From: a virus
Taxonomy: Duplodnaviria > Caudoviricetes
DNA length: 40,393 bases
IMG/VR virus record: IMGVR_UViG_3300036856_000029
Location: 1 to 40,393 of that record
Reading direction: 5' to 3' (one strand)
The notes under the pieces are model-generated. The model ran no database searches. It saw only the letters and a list, made by a program, of their open reading frames with translations, and was not told the origin of the DNA. This document shows, in pieces, positions 15,053 to 24,875 of the stretch (position 1 is the stretch's first letter; each line of letters begins with the position of its first letter). Position numbers and translations under genes: made by a program.

Positions 15053-17493
15053 CAGTCCTTCTTTCCTTCGACAGCATGCACTGCCGCTTTTGTCTTCTCT
15101 CCAAACGTTTCCATTCCTTCCTTGACTCGATCGAGCAAGGGCGGTGTGGTGCTTTGGTCGTGAATCCGGTTTTCGAGGTCCGGAGAGAGTGGACGGGTTT
15201 GCCAGTCCGCGGGCATGTGCAGGTAGACACCGGAAGCCCCACTCTCTCGCAACGCCTGCGCCGTGAGCTTCGTTCCCAGCGCATCGTTGTCGCTCGACGA
15301 CAGGTGCTCTCCTTGTGGTTGCGCGTCCTCATGCTCTTTCACCAGCGCGGAGGTGATGAGACCGGTCGCGATCTTCGGCGTCACATTGTTGCGGATCGCG
15401 TAGTCGAAAAGTTTTCCGGCCTGCGGACTCGTCGCGAGTATCCGCAGCACCATCCGCTCGGCCTGCGCGCCCGCGTAGCTGCCCGCAACCGCGCCCTCCC
15501 ATCCTGCGATTTGGTGGCCCAGCATGCCGCCGAGAGCTCCGCCGACCTTTCCGTTCATGATGTTGTGCAGCAGGCTCAGGCTCATGTGCTGGATCGCCGG
15601 ACGCTTCTCCGGCACCTGCAGGAGGTCCGCCAGGCGCGTCATGTTCTCCATGCCGTCTTTGCCGATGACGCTCTCGATGCGATCGCTTCCGTAGTCGCGA
15701 ATCATTCGCTGCAGGCCCTTCTGCATGCGATAGCCGGTCAACACGCGCCCTCCGCTCACCTGGGCGGAGTAGGCGTCATCTACGTTGGCGGCGTGCTCGA
15801 CGACGTTGTGCAGACCATCCAGAATCATCGACTGCGACCACAGTTTCGACGCCTGCACGCGCTCGGCCGGACTGATGGCGCCGGTCTGCTCGATGAGCTG
15901 CTGGATGCCGGATTCGTATTTGCGCGCGTCCAGAAAATCTCCGCGCCGAATCGCAGCTCCACGCGAACGATTGAGATCTCCGAACTGTCCGTTGGTGGCC
16001 TCGTCGATCTTCTGATAGATCGGCTGCGCGGCGTTCTGCAGCTGGTCCGCTGCCTCGCCGAAGCTGCCCACGCTCGCCGCCGCGCGCCCTGCATCGATCG
16101 GCTGGAAGTTCGGCAGCGTGCGCTGATAGCTGTGATACACGCCCATCTGCTCCTGCAGGCTGTCGCGCGCTTCGGTGATGGCCTGCAGCTGCTCCGGCGT
16201 TGTGCCTCGCGGTGGATGGTCGATCACATCGTTCAACCGGCTGAGGTGCATCTGCGCGGTCTCTGGATCGGCGGCGATGAGATCTCCACCGCCGGCGGCG
16301 ACATCGCGCCCTGGCTCACGCGGTGTGCTGGTTGCCACATCTGAGCCAGTCGACCCTTCGACACCGGGCACGGTCGGTGCCTCGGCCGAGCTCGTCACAT
16401 ACGACGGCGGTTTGAAGGCTGCCTGCGCTCGCTTGGCTGCGGGTTGCGCGATCTCGCCCTCGGTGCCTTCCACCGGAGTTGTGCCGGGAATCGTGAACGC
16501 GTACGGCCGTGCCTCTTCACTGGCTTGCAAAAGCCGCGCGGGATCGGTGATAAGTCCCGGCGGAATGCGGCCTTTATTCGCCTCGTCCAGTGCTGCCCTG
16601 GTGGCGCGCTGCGCGAGATTGCGGAAGGCGCGCGGCGCGGCTGTCTGTTGCGCGGCTGCAACCTTCGGCGTCTCGCCCAACTTCACACTGCCGCGCGCTC
16701 CGGTTCCTGGCCGCTGGCTGCTGAGCGTGGGCACCTCCTCGCCCGCAATCGTCTCCACCGCTGGCGCGATCCTGCGCAACAGCGCGGAGACTCCCTCCGC
16801 TGCTGGCGTGAGGACCGCACCGCCTGCAGCTCCCACTCCGGCCGCTGTCGTCGCGGCGTCGGTATCGCCTCCGGTGTGCACGAAGGTCTGCGCTCCGGTC
16901 TCTGCTCCTGCCTTCAGCGCCGCGTGGACGGCGCGCGCACCCACCGCCGCCAGTTTCGCGATGCGCGGATTCTCCTGTAAGAATTTTGCCGTCTTCAACT
17001 GCTGGCCCATGCGCTCGGTGTAGGTCATGGCGCGCGCGGCGTCTTCCTCTTCGCCTCCAAAGGGATTCAGCAACTCGCCGATCATCTCGCCTGCGCCGCC
17101 CACGTGCTGCCACAGCCCATGCTCCTGGCCATGCTGTTGCAGCCAGTCGCCCGCCTCTTTCAAATCGTTGGCTGCCGCGCCTGGATCGTGCTGTGCCTGA
17201 TCGGTCAAGGGCACCACGCCGTACTGGCCCATGATCTTCAGCAGGCCGCCGACGCCGCTCCCGAGACTTTTGACCGCGCCGATCGGAGCAGCCAGCTCTG
17301 GATCATTCTGTGCTGCATCGCTGAACTTATTTTTGAGCCAGCCCATGACCCCGGTGCTCGCCGGCGGAGTGGAAGCGATCGGCGTGGCCACCGCTCCCGG
17401 CGGCGGTCCAGCGCTCGCACCCGTATCGATCGGCGTGGCCACCGCTCCCGGCGGCGGCCCTTGCGGCGGTGGCGTGATGGTGGAGGTGTCCAT
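15052..17493 (-). CDS. Putative DNA ejection/internal virion protein
   Basis: 813 aa, A/G-rich helical, PPPGAVATPI repeats; position matches P22 gp16/T7 gp16. Confidence 0.65.
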   Translation of the reverse strand: MDTSTITPPPQGPPPGAVATPIDTGASAGPPPGAVATPIASTPPASTGVMGWLKNKFSDAAQNDPELAAPIGAVKSLGSGVGGLLKIMGQYGVVPLTDQAQHDPGAAANDLKEAGDWLQQHGQEHGLWQHVGGAGEMIGELLNPFGGEEEDAARAMTYTERMGQQLKTAKFLQENPRIAKLAAVGARAVHAALKAGAETGAQTFVHTGGDTDAATTAAGVGAAGGAVLTPAAEGVSALLRRIAPAVETIAGEEVPTLSSQRPGTGARGSVKLGETPKVAAAQQTAAPRAFRNLAQRATRAALDEANKGRIPPGLITDPARLLQASEEARPYAFTIPGTTPVEGTEGEIAQPAAKRAQAAFKPPSYVTSSAEAPTVPGVEGSTGSDVATSTPREPGRDVAAGGGDLIAADPETAQMHLSRLNDVIDHPPRGTTPEQLQAITEARDSLQEQMGVYHSYQRTLPNFQPIDAGRAAASVGSFGEAADQLQNAAQPIYQKIDEATNGQFGDLNRSRGAAIRRGDFLDARKYESGIQQLIEQTGAISPAERVQASKLWSQSMILDGLHNVVEHAANVDDAYSAQVSGGRVLTGYRMQKGLQRMIRDYGSDRIESVIGKDGMENMTRLADLLQVPEKRPAIQHMSLSLLHNIMNGKVGGALGGMLGHQIAGWEGAVAGSYAGAQAERMVLRILATSPQAGKLFDYAIRNNVTPKIATGLITSALVKEHEDAQPQGEHLSSSDNDALGTKLTAQALRESGASGVYLHMPADWQTRPLSPDLENRIHDQSTTPPLLDRVKEGMETFGEKTKAAVHAVEGKKD
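17376..17457. repeat. 31-bp exact direct repeat x2 (coding PPPGAVATPI)
   Basis: CGATCGGCGTGGCCACCGCTCCCGGCGGCGG at 17376 and 17427. Confidence 0.85.
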
Positions 17494-19509
17494 TTATTGG
17501 GCCGCCTGATATTTTCCGTTCACTGTGTAGCCCAGAATCTTTCCTGGATTCTTGGGATCGTGCCACACTTGCGTGGCGCCGGCGGGAGCGCCAGCCGGAG
17601 GGGCGGCGGCCGGTTGTGTAGCGGGCGCGGCGTTCGGCTGTTGCTGTTGCTGTTGCTGCTGCGGCATCAGGCCGTAGTTGCTCGCGTAGCCGCCCAGCCC
17701 GAGGTCACGGACCGCCTGCACATTCTGCGGCGACATCAGCTGCGGGGCTTTGTCTCCGAAAGTCTGCGTGGTGCGGTACTGGATCGATCCCAGCCGCGTG
17801 AGCGCCACCTGCATGAAACTCTTGATCGCGCCCTGCATCTGCGCTGGCGTCTGATCCTCGCTGAGCAGCTTCTCGCCCTTCTCGATCTCCGATTTCTGCA
17901 GCGCGTGGTTGGCGATGAAGTTCTGGAACTCGTTGCGCGTCGCGTCGATCTCGGGCAGCATCGCAGCCACGACGGGACTGCCCGTTGCGTTCTGTCGCAG
18001 CCAGTTGATCGAATGATTGATGAGCGGCGAGTTGCCGTTGCGTAGCGTGTTGACGGTGTTGCTCACGCTGTTCGCGTGGCCCAGAAACGCGTTGAAGCTC
18101 TGCACCTGGTCGCCGAGTTTCCCGCTGCTCAGATCCTCGCGCATCTTCAGCATGTTCTGGTACTTCTGCATCGTCCAGTTCGGATCGCGCTGCTTGGCCT
18201 CGGCGATGTAGGCTTCGCGCGCGTGCGGATCGTGGAAGATGCCCACCGCCTTGGTGATGTCCACGCTGCCATCGATCATTCCATCCACGATGGTCTGGTG
18301 TGTGAGGTGGGGATCGGTCCCGTCCGTGATGGCGAAATCCTGCCGTAGCTTTGCGGCGTTGGCGTTCGCGGCTCCGGCCTCGGCATAGTTCTTTGCCGTC
18401 TCACTCTTGTTCTTCGCGATGGTGCTGGGCAGCTCTGCGTTCTTCGCATGCGTGGTGGCCTTCGATGCTTCCGTAGCGGCCTGCGACTGCGCCAGCTTCG
18501 CCTGGTCGAGTTTGAATTTCTGCGCGGCGTTGCTGGCGGCGGTCTCGTAGTCGTCGACTTCGCCGGCGGTCAACGGCTCGCTGCTGTGGTGTTCTGTGTA
18601 CTGCCCCGTCGTGCTGTCGAAGGTGTGAAACACGGTCCCGGCGGGCTCGATGGTGTTGCGGTAGCCGTCCGGCATTTTGAAGACGCGGATGCCCGCCGCA
18701 GTTCCATCCGGGTTGTAGTGCGGCAGGATCTCGATCTGATGGTTCTGCACCATCGCCTTCATCACGTTCGGCTCGACCTTCAGGATCTTGTCGATGTCAT
18801 TGGGATTTGCGGCCGTGCCCAGCAGCTTGGCTCCGTCCACTTTCAGCAGGCGATCCTCTTGCCCCTGCGCGAACGCGATATCGTGCTCGGTGGCTTCATG
18901 CTTCAGTTGGCCTAGGTGCCAGGACTGCTCGGCGGCGTCCATGCGCAGTTTCTGATAGTTCGCGTTCGCCAGCATCTCCTTCTGCAGCTCCGGCGTCTGC
19001 TGGGCCTGCATCTGACGCTGCTTCTGGCCTTCATCGAACCCTGCCGCCGCGGCCGCTCCGGGGTTGCGCCCCTGCCCCGCCGCCCATCCCTTCGCTGCTC
19101 CTCCCAACAAACCCGCGCCGATCCGCACCCACTGCTCGCCCCGGCTCAGCGTCTGCTGCTTGATGTACTGGTTGCCGTTGGCGTCGGTGCCCAGCTCCGG
19201 CTTCGTCTTTCCGGTCAAGGCGTCGGCGATCGAGTCCACCACGCCCTGTATGCCGCCCTTCTTCTGCGAGGTCACCACTACCGGCTGCGCGGGTGCCGGA
19301 GCCGCTGGCGCACTTGCTCCCGTGGCCGCTGGCGCTGCCGGAGGGGTTTGGGTAGGGGATTGGGTCGCCGGAGGGGTAGCGGGCGGCTGGCTGGCCGCTG
19401 GCGGCGTCTGCGGGGCGCTGGCGGCGTCCCATCCGCTGCCGGAGTCCGGTGCGGGGGTGTTGGCCGCCATCTGGCTGGCTGCCTGTGCTCCTGAAGTTGT
19501 GCCGCCCAT
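17494..19509 (-). CDS. Putative DNA ejection/internal virion protein
   Basis: Start MGGTTS with TAAGGAG SD; P/A-rich N-terminus, G-rich amphipathic segment, poly-Q near the C-terminus. Confidence 0.65.
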   Translation of the reverse strand: MGGTTSGAQAASQMAANTPAPDSGSGWDAASAPQTPPAASQPPATPPATQSPTQTPPAAPAATGASAPAAPAPAQPVVVTSQKKGGIQGVVDSIADALTGKTKPELGTDANGNQYIKQQTLSRGEQWVRIGAGLLGGAAKGWAAGQGRNPGAAAAAGFDEGQKQRQMQAQQTPELQKEMLANANYQKLRMDAAEQSWHLGQLKHEATEHDIAFAQGQEDRLLKVDGAKLLGTAANPNDIDKILKVEPNVMKAMVQNHQIEILPHYNPDGTAAGIRVFKMPDGYRNTIEPAGTVFHTFDSTTGQYTEHHSSEPLTAGEVDDYETAASNAAQKFKLDQAKLAQSQAATEASKATTHAKNAELPSTIAKNKSETAKNYAEAGAANANAAKLRQDFAITDGTDPHLTHQTIVDGMIDGSVDITKAVGIFHDPHAREAYIAEAKQRDPNWTMQKYQNMLKMREDLSSGKLGDQVQSFNAFLGHANSVSNTVNTLRNGNSPLINHSINWLRQNATGSPVVAAMLPEIDATRNEFQNFIANHALQKSEIEKGEKLLSEDQTPAQMQGAIKSFMQVALTRLGSIQYRTTQTFGDKAPQLMSPQNVQAVRDLGLGGYASNYGLMPQQQQQQQQPNAAPATQPAAAPPAGAPAGATQVWHDPKNPGKILGYTVNGKYQAAQ

Positions 19510-19519
19510 GATGCTCTCC

Positions 19520-20137
19520 TTAGCCCCACTTGTTGATGCTGGCGCCCGATGCCATTCCGGCCGCGCTTCCGACTGCGCCGATCGTGGCGTTGATCCAGCT
19601 GTTGTCTTCGCTGGCGATCTGAGCCGCCGTCGATGCGGCTGCCGATCCGGCGCTGGTCTGGTTCGACTGGTAGCCCAGCGGGTTCTCTCCGGCGGCAATC
19701 GCCTCCAGTCCCTGGCCGGCGTTCTCCCACTCGTTGTAACCCTGGCTGTAGTCGGCCGATTCGATCTGGCTCTCCTGCCGGGACTCCTCCTGGGCGGCGC
19801 TGGTGGCGACGCCGGATTGCACCGCTTCCTGCGCACCGCTGGGCAGCGGATTCGTGCCACCGCCCTGCGCCGCTTCCGACTCGCCCACCGCCCTCGCCGC
19901 GCTGCCGTAGTTTTCGGCGGTGCCCTCTTCGGCCTGCGCATTCAGGTCCGCTGTCTCCTCGTCGCTGAAGCCCTTCTGGTTCGGACCCTTTGCATAGATC
20001 GAGGAAAACTGATTCACCATCGGACCATAGATGGCCTGCTGGTTGGCGTACTGCTGCTGCGTCAGCGTAGCGGCCTGCTGATAGGCCGCAATCTGCGCAT
20101 CGCCGAGCTCTGTCTGTTGCGCGGTGGGTCCACTCAT
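19520..20137 (-). CDS. Putative small ejection/DNA-transfer protein
   Basis: Q/A/S-rich with G/A-rich C-terminus; first of the three ejection genes. Confidence 0.6.
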   Translation of the reverse strand: MSGPTAQQTELGDAQIAAYQQAATLTQQQYANQQAIYGPMVNQFSSIYAKGPNQKGFSDEETADLNAQAEEGTAENYGSAARAVGESEAAQGGGTNPLPSGAQEAVQSGVATSAAQEESRQESQIESADYSQGYNEWENAGQGLEAIAAGENPLGYQSNQTSAGSAAASTAAQIASEDNSWINATIGAVGSAAGMASGASINKWG

Positions 20138-20153
20138 CGTTCCGCCTCGTGTC

Positions 20154-20420
20154 TTACTTCTTCTTCTTCGCCGTCATCGAGTAGCCGGGATGGCTGCCGA
20201 TCGCATCGTGTCCGTCGTGCTCGCGCTTGCCGCCCTTGCCAGCGTGGTTTTTATGCCGCGCAGCGATTCGCTTCATGTTCTGGGCAAAGACGGCGCGCTT
20301 CTCCTGCAGGCCACCCTTTTTCTTCGCCGCCGCGATCTTCTTCGGCGTGGCCTTGCCGAATGCTCCCTCGGTGCCCTTGCGCTTCATCTCTGCCGACGCC
20401 TTCTGAATCCACTTCGCCAT
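20154..20420 (-). CDS. Small very basic phage protein
   Basis: GAGGAAGG SD; MAKWIQKA...G..G......KRAVFAQNMK. Confidence 0.7.
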   Translation of the reverse strand: MAKWIQKASAEMKRKGTEGAFGKATPKKIAAAKKKGGLQEKRAVFAQNMKRIAARHKNHAGKGGKREHDGHDAIGSHPGYSMTAKKKK

Positions 20421-20883
20421 CGCCTTCCTCCTTCGTTTTCAGCGCGCATACATACCGCGTGCCGTCCTGCACAAATCCCAGCTTCTTCACCGCGAACGCA
20501 ATCAGCTTTTGGTTCCTGCTCGCGAAATATACGGCGCTGAAGCCGTTCATCGGGAGTGCCTCTTTCAGCCACTCGATACCGGCCATCATCCCCGCCATCG
20601 CGCGTTGCTGCGAAACCTCGCGGCGCAGTCGATCGAACTGCAGCGAGATCTCGATCTCTCCCTGGGCCGCTCGAATCGACTTCATAAAAAACACAACTCC
20701 CCGCGCGTCTTCGAGCACGTAGCTGTTGGCCTGCAGGCTCTGCTCGATCCAAAACGCGGGATACTGCGCCTCCCATGTGTGCTCCGGGTCCGCCGCGTTC
20801 CATCGCTGCGCGCGCGGCAGGTCCGCTGCGGTGGCCGGCCGGAACACGAAGCCGTCGAATCGATAGGTGGGCAGCTCGATCAT
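20251..20883 (-). CDS. GNAT-fold virion assembly protein (positional analogue of T7 gp13/P22 gp14)
   Basis: FRPATAADL, KKLGF; directly after the nozzle gene. Confidence 0.55.
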   Translation of the reverse strand: MIELPTYRFDGFVFRPATAADLPRAQRWNAADPEHTWEAQYPAFWIEQSLQANSYVLEDARGVVFFMKSIRAAQGEIEISLQFDRLRREVSQQRAMAGMMAGIEWLKEALPMNGFSAVYFASRNQKLIAFAVKKLGFVQDGTRYVCALKTKEEGDGEVDSEGVGRDEAQGHRGSIRQGHAEEDRGGEEKGWPAGEARRLCPEHEANRCAA

Positions 20884-23800
20884 TTCGCCGGCGCGACCTC
20901 TTCCTCGCGGTCCTCATGCACCCGCGCGAAGATGCCCCAATCCAGCAATTCATCGCCAACTGCCTGCGAACCGTAGTCAAACTTGGTCAGCAGACAATCG
21001 CCCAGCGTGTTGGCGCCGCTCTCCTTCAGCACGTAGCGGTCGCTGTAAGCGCTCTTCGATCGCGGCGTGCGGCTGGGATCGTTCGATTTGTCCGAGAGCT
21101 TCAGCTTGTGATACGGCCGCTCCTGGCTGGGTGCGATCTCATTGAGCAACACACTCACTACCGGGCGCGCGCCCACGGCCGCGGACTTCGTGCTGATATG
21201 CACCACCTCGGCCCACTGCCCGGTGGAACACAGGATATTCACGCCCTTCGCGTCCCAGCTCGGATACGCTGTGCCGTTATCGCTCCACTCCGTTCCGCTG
21301 TCGTCGCGGCAGAGAATCGGTCCCGGTGCAGCCGGACCGATGAGCAGCTGCGTCACGCCGGGCGCGGTCTCCATCGCCTGCACCGCGCTCGTGCCTCCCA
21401 CGATCGCGCGGCGCGGGTGCCACATCAGGCCGGTCTCAGGCGGCGACACCTGCGACATGCGGAACCATCCCACCGCGCCGTCTGCCACGTAGAGCGCGTT
21501 TTCATCCGTGCCCTGGTTGTTCCAGCTCAGGTACGCGGTCGCGGAGCTGTACAGTGCTTGGCTGATGCCGCCCGTCGTCACCTTCTTGAACTGATCGCCG
21601 ATGGGGAAGCCGATCTCCGTGTATCCGGTGTTGGGATTGAACGGATATTCGATCGCGATCGAGCTCAGTTTCAGATTCGCCTCAAGCACGTACATCGTCG
21701 TGCCCTGAATGCAAACGCAGTTGTAGCCGGTGACGTTGACGTTGTTGTAGTAGCTCGTCATCCCGAAAGGATTCGAGCTCGTGCCGCCGCCGAGGATGAT
21801 CTGTATCCCCGAGCTGGTGAAGACGATCAAGCCTCCGCCCTGCAGCGTGACGGGGATGATGTCGTAAACGGCTCCAAGGGACGGCAGAAAGTTGAGCGGC
21901 GGCTGCGTGGTGTTGCCGTTGGCCGAGAGCGTGTCCGGCCCTCCGGAGAAGCGCACCAGATTCCCGTCTGCCCACCACACCCGTTGAAACGCGTAGCACA
22001 TCGGCAGGCTGGTCGGAGTGGGCGGGTTGTTGCTCCCTGAGATCGGAGCCGGAATCAATGCATTCAGGCTTCCCTGTCCCTGCGTCGACGTGTCGGCCAC
22101 CCCGGCCTCTCCGTAGCTGAAGGAATCCGTCAGTCCGTCGATCGGGATCTGATCCTCAAGCACCAAAGTCGGCTGGCCCTGCGCGGTGCGCCAGATCCAG
22201 ATCTGATCGAGCTGGGTGTCGGCGAGCATTCCCGCCGCCGTCGCCCCAACCGTGAGCGTGGGACTGAGCACTGCCGGCGGCGTGCCCAGAACGCCGCCGA
22301 AGACGGTGGCCAGCGGCGATGCGGTGCTCAGGCTGCCGTCGATCGCGTGCAGGCTGTAGGCGTACTGCAGCGTCTTGTACGTCAGCGCCACGCCCGAGCC
22401 TTCGGTCGAGATGCACACCCACGTGAGGCCGCCGTCAGTTGTCGTCGCGCCTAGCGCAGTGCCCCAATCCGTGGGCTCGGTTGTGCCGCTCGTGCCGCCG
22501 ACTCCGTCGAAGAGCCACTGCAAATTCCCGTTCGAGTCGAGCAGACACGAACCCGTCACGCCCGCGTTGGCGGCGTCGGCCTGCCACGCACCTGGCTGGC
22601 CGAGGTTGTACCACTTGAGCCCTCCGTCAACCGTCACCGCATTCGCTCCGCCCGGTGTCGAGATGCCCGTCGCCACTGGCGATAGCGCGGTGCTGTCCCA
22701 ATAACCGGGCGTGGCATCCACGTCGCCGCCGCTTTGAAGTTCGTAGAACCATCCCGGCGGTACGGAAAAATTGAATCCGAGCTGGCCGTTGCTTCCGCTG
22801 CCGGCTTTATCGGTCGCGCCGAACGTTGTTCCCCACGTGTTCTGCGTGGGCGGGCTCGTGGGCCCCACCAGCAACTTGAACCATGCAACCCCGCCGCCGG
22901 CGACTACATTGCCGAATCCGCTGTGCATCTCGACGTTGTTGCTGAGGTTCTGATAGATCGTGCCGAAGGTGTTCGCGGTCGGTGTCGGCGTGCCGGTTAC
23001 ATTGGTCGCGACGAGCTGCGCGGCCGAAGGCGCAACGGTCCACTGCGGATAGATCGGGCCGCTGCGGGTGGTGCCGGCGGTGGAGGCCACGACTTCGATG
23101 TTGCCGTTCGAGTCCAGCAGGCTCGTGTACTGCGGAAAGTCTGTATTGGGCTGCCAGAATCGCCCCGTTACCGGAGACAGCGTAGGAGGGACAAGCGGCG
23201 CGGGCAGCCCTGTGTTCTGAACGGCGGTCCCATAGCACTTCCACTGCTGGCCGCTGTCTGCGGTGACGTGCAGCCGCGTCGAATCGAAGCCCGGTGCGCC
23301 GCCGCCGGTGGTTCCGTTTCCGGTTGTGCCTGAGCCGGTGTCCGGCGTATACGCCTGCGCGGTGCCGCTGGTGAAGTTCACCTGCAGGATGCCCAGCGTG
23401 GAGCTCAGCACGGCCGCGATCGGCAGCGTCTGCCCGTTCAGATCGGCATCCGTCGTCAGTCCGGAGAACGTCATCTCGACGCCCACCAGGTTGGCGAAGT
23501 TGATCGGCACCTGCGCGGGATTCACGTACACCAGATGCTCCCAGCTCGCGCCTGCACCTGAGACGGCCGTGGCCACGATCGGCACCGTGATGCCGCCCAG
23601 CGCCATGAAGAGCGTGCCTGGCTCCGCTCCCTGATTGATCAGCGTGCCCGGCGTCACTTTCTTGTTCGCCTGCCATGCTCCGGGGAAAAGCCACTTCTTC
23701 TGATCGACGCCGTTGCCCAGGTAGAGCTGCGCATTGGGCAGCCCGAGGATCCGATTCGCGCTCGCGCCTGCGCTCTTGGTGAAGATCGACGATTTCTGTC

Positions 23801-24164
23801 CGGGGGTCGCGTCGTACAGCGTCCCATCGCTTCCGTCTGCCAACACGCGAATGATTTCGCTGTTGTTGCGTAGCAGCTTCCACGAATAAAAACTTTCGGC
23901 TGCCGGGAAGGTTCCGTCATTGAATACAACAGAGCCAGGGCTGCGCTTGTCGGTGAGGTCCGCGCAGATCTCGCGATTGATGCCGTCAAGGATCGAATCG
24001 AAGCGGCTGCCGGAGTAGAACTTCGAGACCAGATATTGCACGGCCGCATCGCGGTATGGGCTGCGCTGCGTCCACAGGCCGGTGAGCTGGCGCGCGCCCA
24101 TCGTCAGCGCGGCGTACTTACTCGGATTCCTTACCGCACCTGCGGCTTCGATCGGCCCGGGCAT
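20880..24164 (-). CDS. Tail nozzle/stabilization protein with inserted repeat modules
   Basis: 1094 aa, beta-propeller-like segments; position matches P22 gp10/T7 gp12. Confidence 0.65.
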   Translation of the reverse strand: MPGPIEAAGAVRNPSKYAALTMGARQLTGLWTQRSPYRDAAVQYLVSKFYSGSRFDSILDGINREICADLTDKRSPGSVVFNDGTFPAAESFYSWKLLRNNSEIIRVLADGSDGTLYDATPGQKSSIFTKSAGASANRILGLPNAQLYLGNGVDQKKWLFPGAWQANKKVTPGTLINQGAEPGTLFMALGGITVPIVATAVSGAGASWEHLVYVNPAQVPINFANLVGVEMTFSGLTTDADLNGQTLPIAAVLSSTLGILQVNFTSGTAQAYTPDTGSGTTGNGTTGGGAPGFDSTRLHVTADSGQQWKCYGTAVQNTGLPAPLVPPTLSPVTGRFWQPNTDFPQYTSLLDSNGNIEVVASTAGTTRSGPIYPQWTVAPSAAQLVATNVTGTPTPTANTFGTIYQNLSNNVEMHSGFGNVVAGGGVAWFKLLVGPTSPPTQNTWGTTFGATDKAGSGSNGQLGFNFSVPPGWFYELQSGGDVDATPGYWDSTALSPVATGISTPGGANAVTVDGGLKWYNLGQPGAWQADAANAGVTGSCLLDSNGNLQWLFDGVGGTSGTTEPTDWGTALGATTTDGGLTWVCISTEGSGVALTYKTLQYAYSLHAIDGSLSTASPLATVFGGVLGTPPAVLSPTLTVGATAAGMLADTQLDQIWIWRTAQGQPTLVLEDQIPIDGLTDSFSYGEAGVADTSTQGQGSLNALIPAPISGSNNPPTPTSLPMCYAFQRVWWADGNLVRFSGGPDTLSANGNTTQPPLNFLPSLGAVYDIIPVTLQGGGLIVFTSSGIQIILGGGTSSNPFGMTSYYNNVNVTGYNCVCIQGTTMYVLEANLKLSSIAIEYPFNPNTGYTEIGFPIGDQFKKVTTGGISQALYSSATAYLSWNNQGTDENALYVADGAVGWFRMSQVSPPETGLMWHPRRAIVGGTSAVQAMETAPGVTQLLIGPAAPGPILCRDDSGTEWSDNGTAYPSWDAKGVNILCSTGQWAEVVHISTKSAAVGARPVVSVLLNEIAPSQERPYHKLKLSDKSNDPSRTPRSKSAYSDRYVLKESGANTLGDCLLTKFDYGSQAVGDELLDWGIFARVHEDREEEVAPAK

Positions 24165-24167
24165 CGT

Positions 24168-24875
24168 CTATCGCTGCCTTCCGTTGGTCCCGCCCTGCGC
24201 CATGCCCTGGCTGCGTATCGCCGTGCGCGTCGTATTCATGAATTGGTTGAAAAACATGTCTTTGGCCTGCGCGTCGAGACCGTCCTGCGTGGCCAGCAGC
24301 TGCGCGATCCACTCCGCGCGCCAAATCGAGAAGCGCGAATCGTTCACCAGCAGCGCGCCCTCGCTCAACATGCCCTTGTTGAACAGGTAGCCGAAATAAT
24401 CGCTCAGCGGCGAAAAGCTCTGCGCGGGGCTGGTGATCAACGGCGCCGCATTCTGAAAATCGAAGTACGCGGTATAGTCCGCGTCGGGCACGCTGTTGAA
24501 GCGGAAGGTGATGTTGCCGTCGTTGTCGTCGAACTGCGGAGCTACCAGCGTGGGCAGACGTTTGAAGCTCACCTTGGCCAGCGCCGTCGCGCCATTCAGC
24601 TCGTAGATGTTGCCGTTGGAATCTTCCAGCCACTGCGTCTCGATAGATCCCAGCGTGGGCACCGCTTCCACGTAGTCCGTTCCGCCTTCGGTGGTGATGG
24701 CAACATTCATGCTGCTGCGGTTCTGCCGCCACACGAACGGAGGTCCCAGCATGGTGCTGAGAACGGTGTTGGCCATCGTGACGCCCGGTTCCATGTTGTT
24801 TACATTCAGGCGCTGGTTATCGATCAACGTCTGCACATAGGTCAGAGAGCTCTGGACACTCAGCGTTATCGACAT
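24168..24875 (-). CDS. Head-tail adaptor/tail tubular A-like protein 2
   Basis: AN.V...MLG.PF.W..NR; F.F..VPD..Y; TGATG overlap gives start MSITLS. Confidence 0.55.
   Translation of the reverse strand: MSITLSVQSSLTYVQTLIDNQRLNVNNMEPGVTMANTVLSTMLGPPFVWRQNRSSMNVAITTEGGTDYVEAVPTLGSIETQWLEDSNGNIYELNGATALAKVSFKRLPTLVAPQFDDNDGNITFRFNSVPDADYTAYFDFQNAAPLITSPAQSFSPLSDYFGYLFNKGMLSEGALLVNDSRFSIWRAEWIAQLLATQDGLDAQAKDMFFNQFMNTTRTAIRSQGMAQGGTNGRQR

Noticed and set aside
17376-17457. Mini-CRISPR (31-bp repeats, 20-bp spacer)
   Set aside because: In-frame coding repeat with a 51-nt period inside an ejection protein
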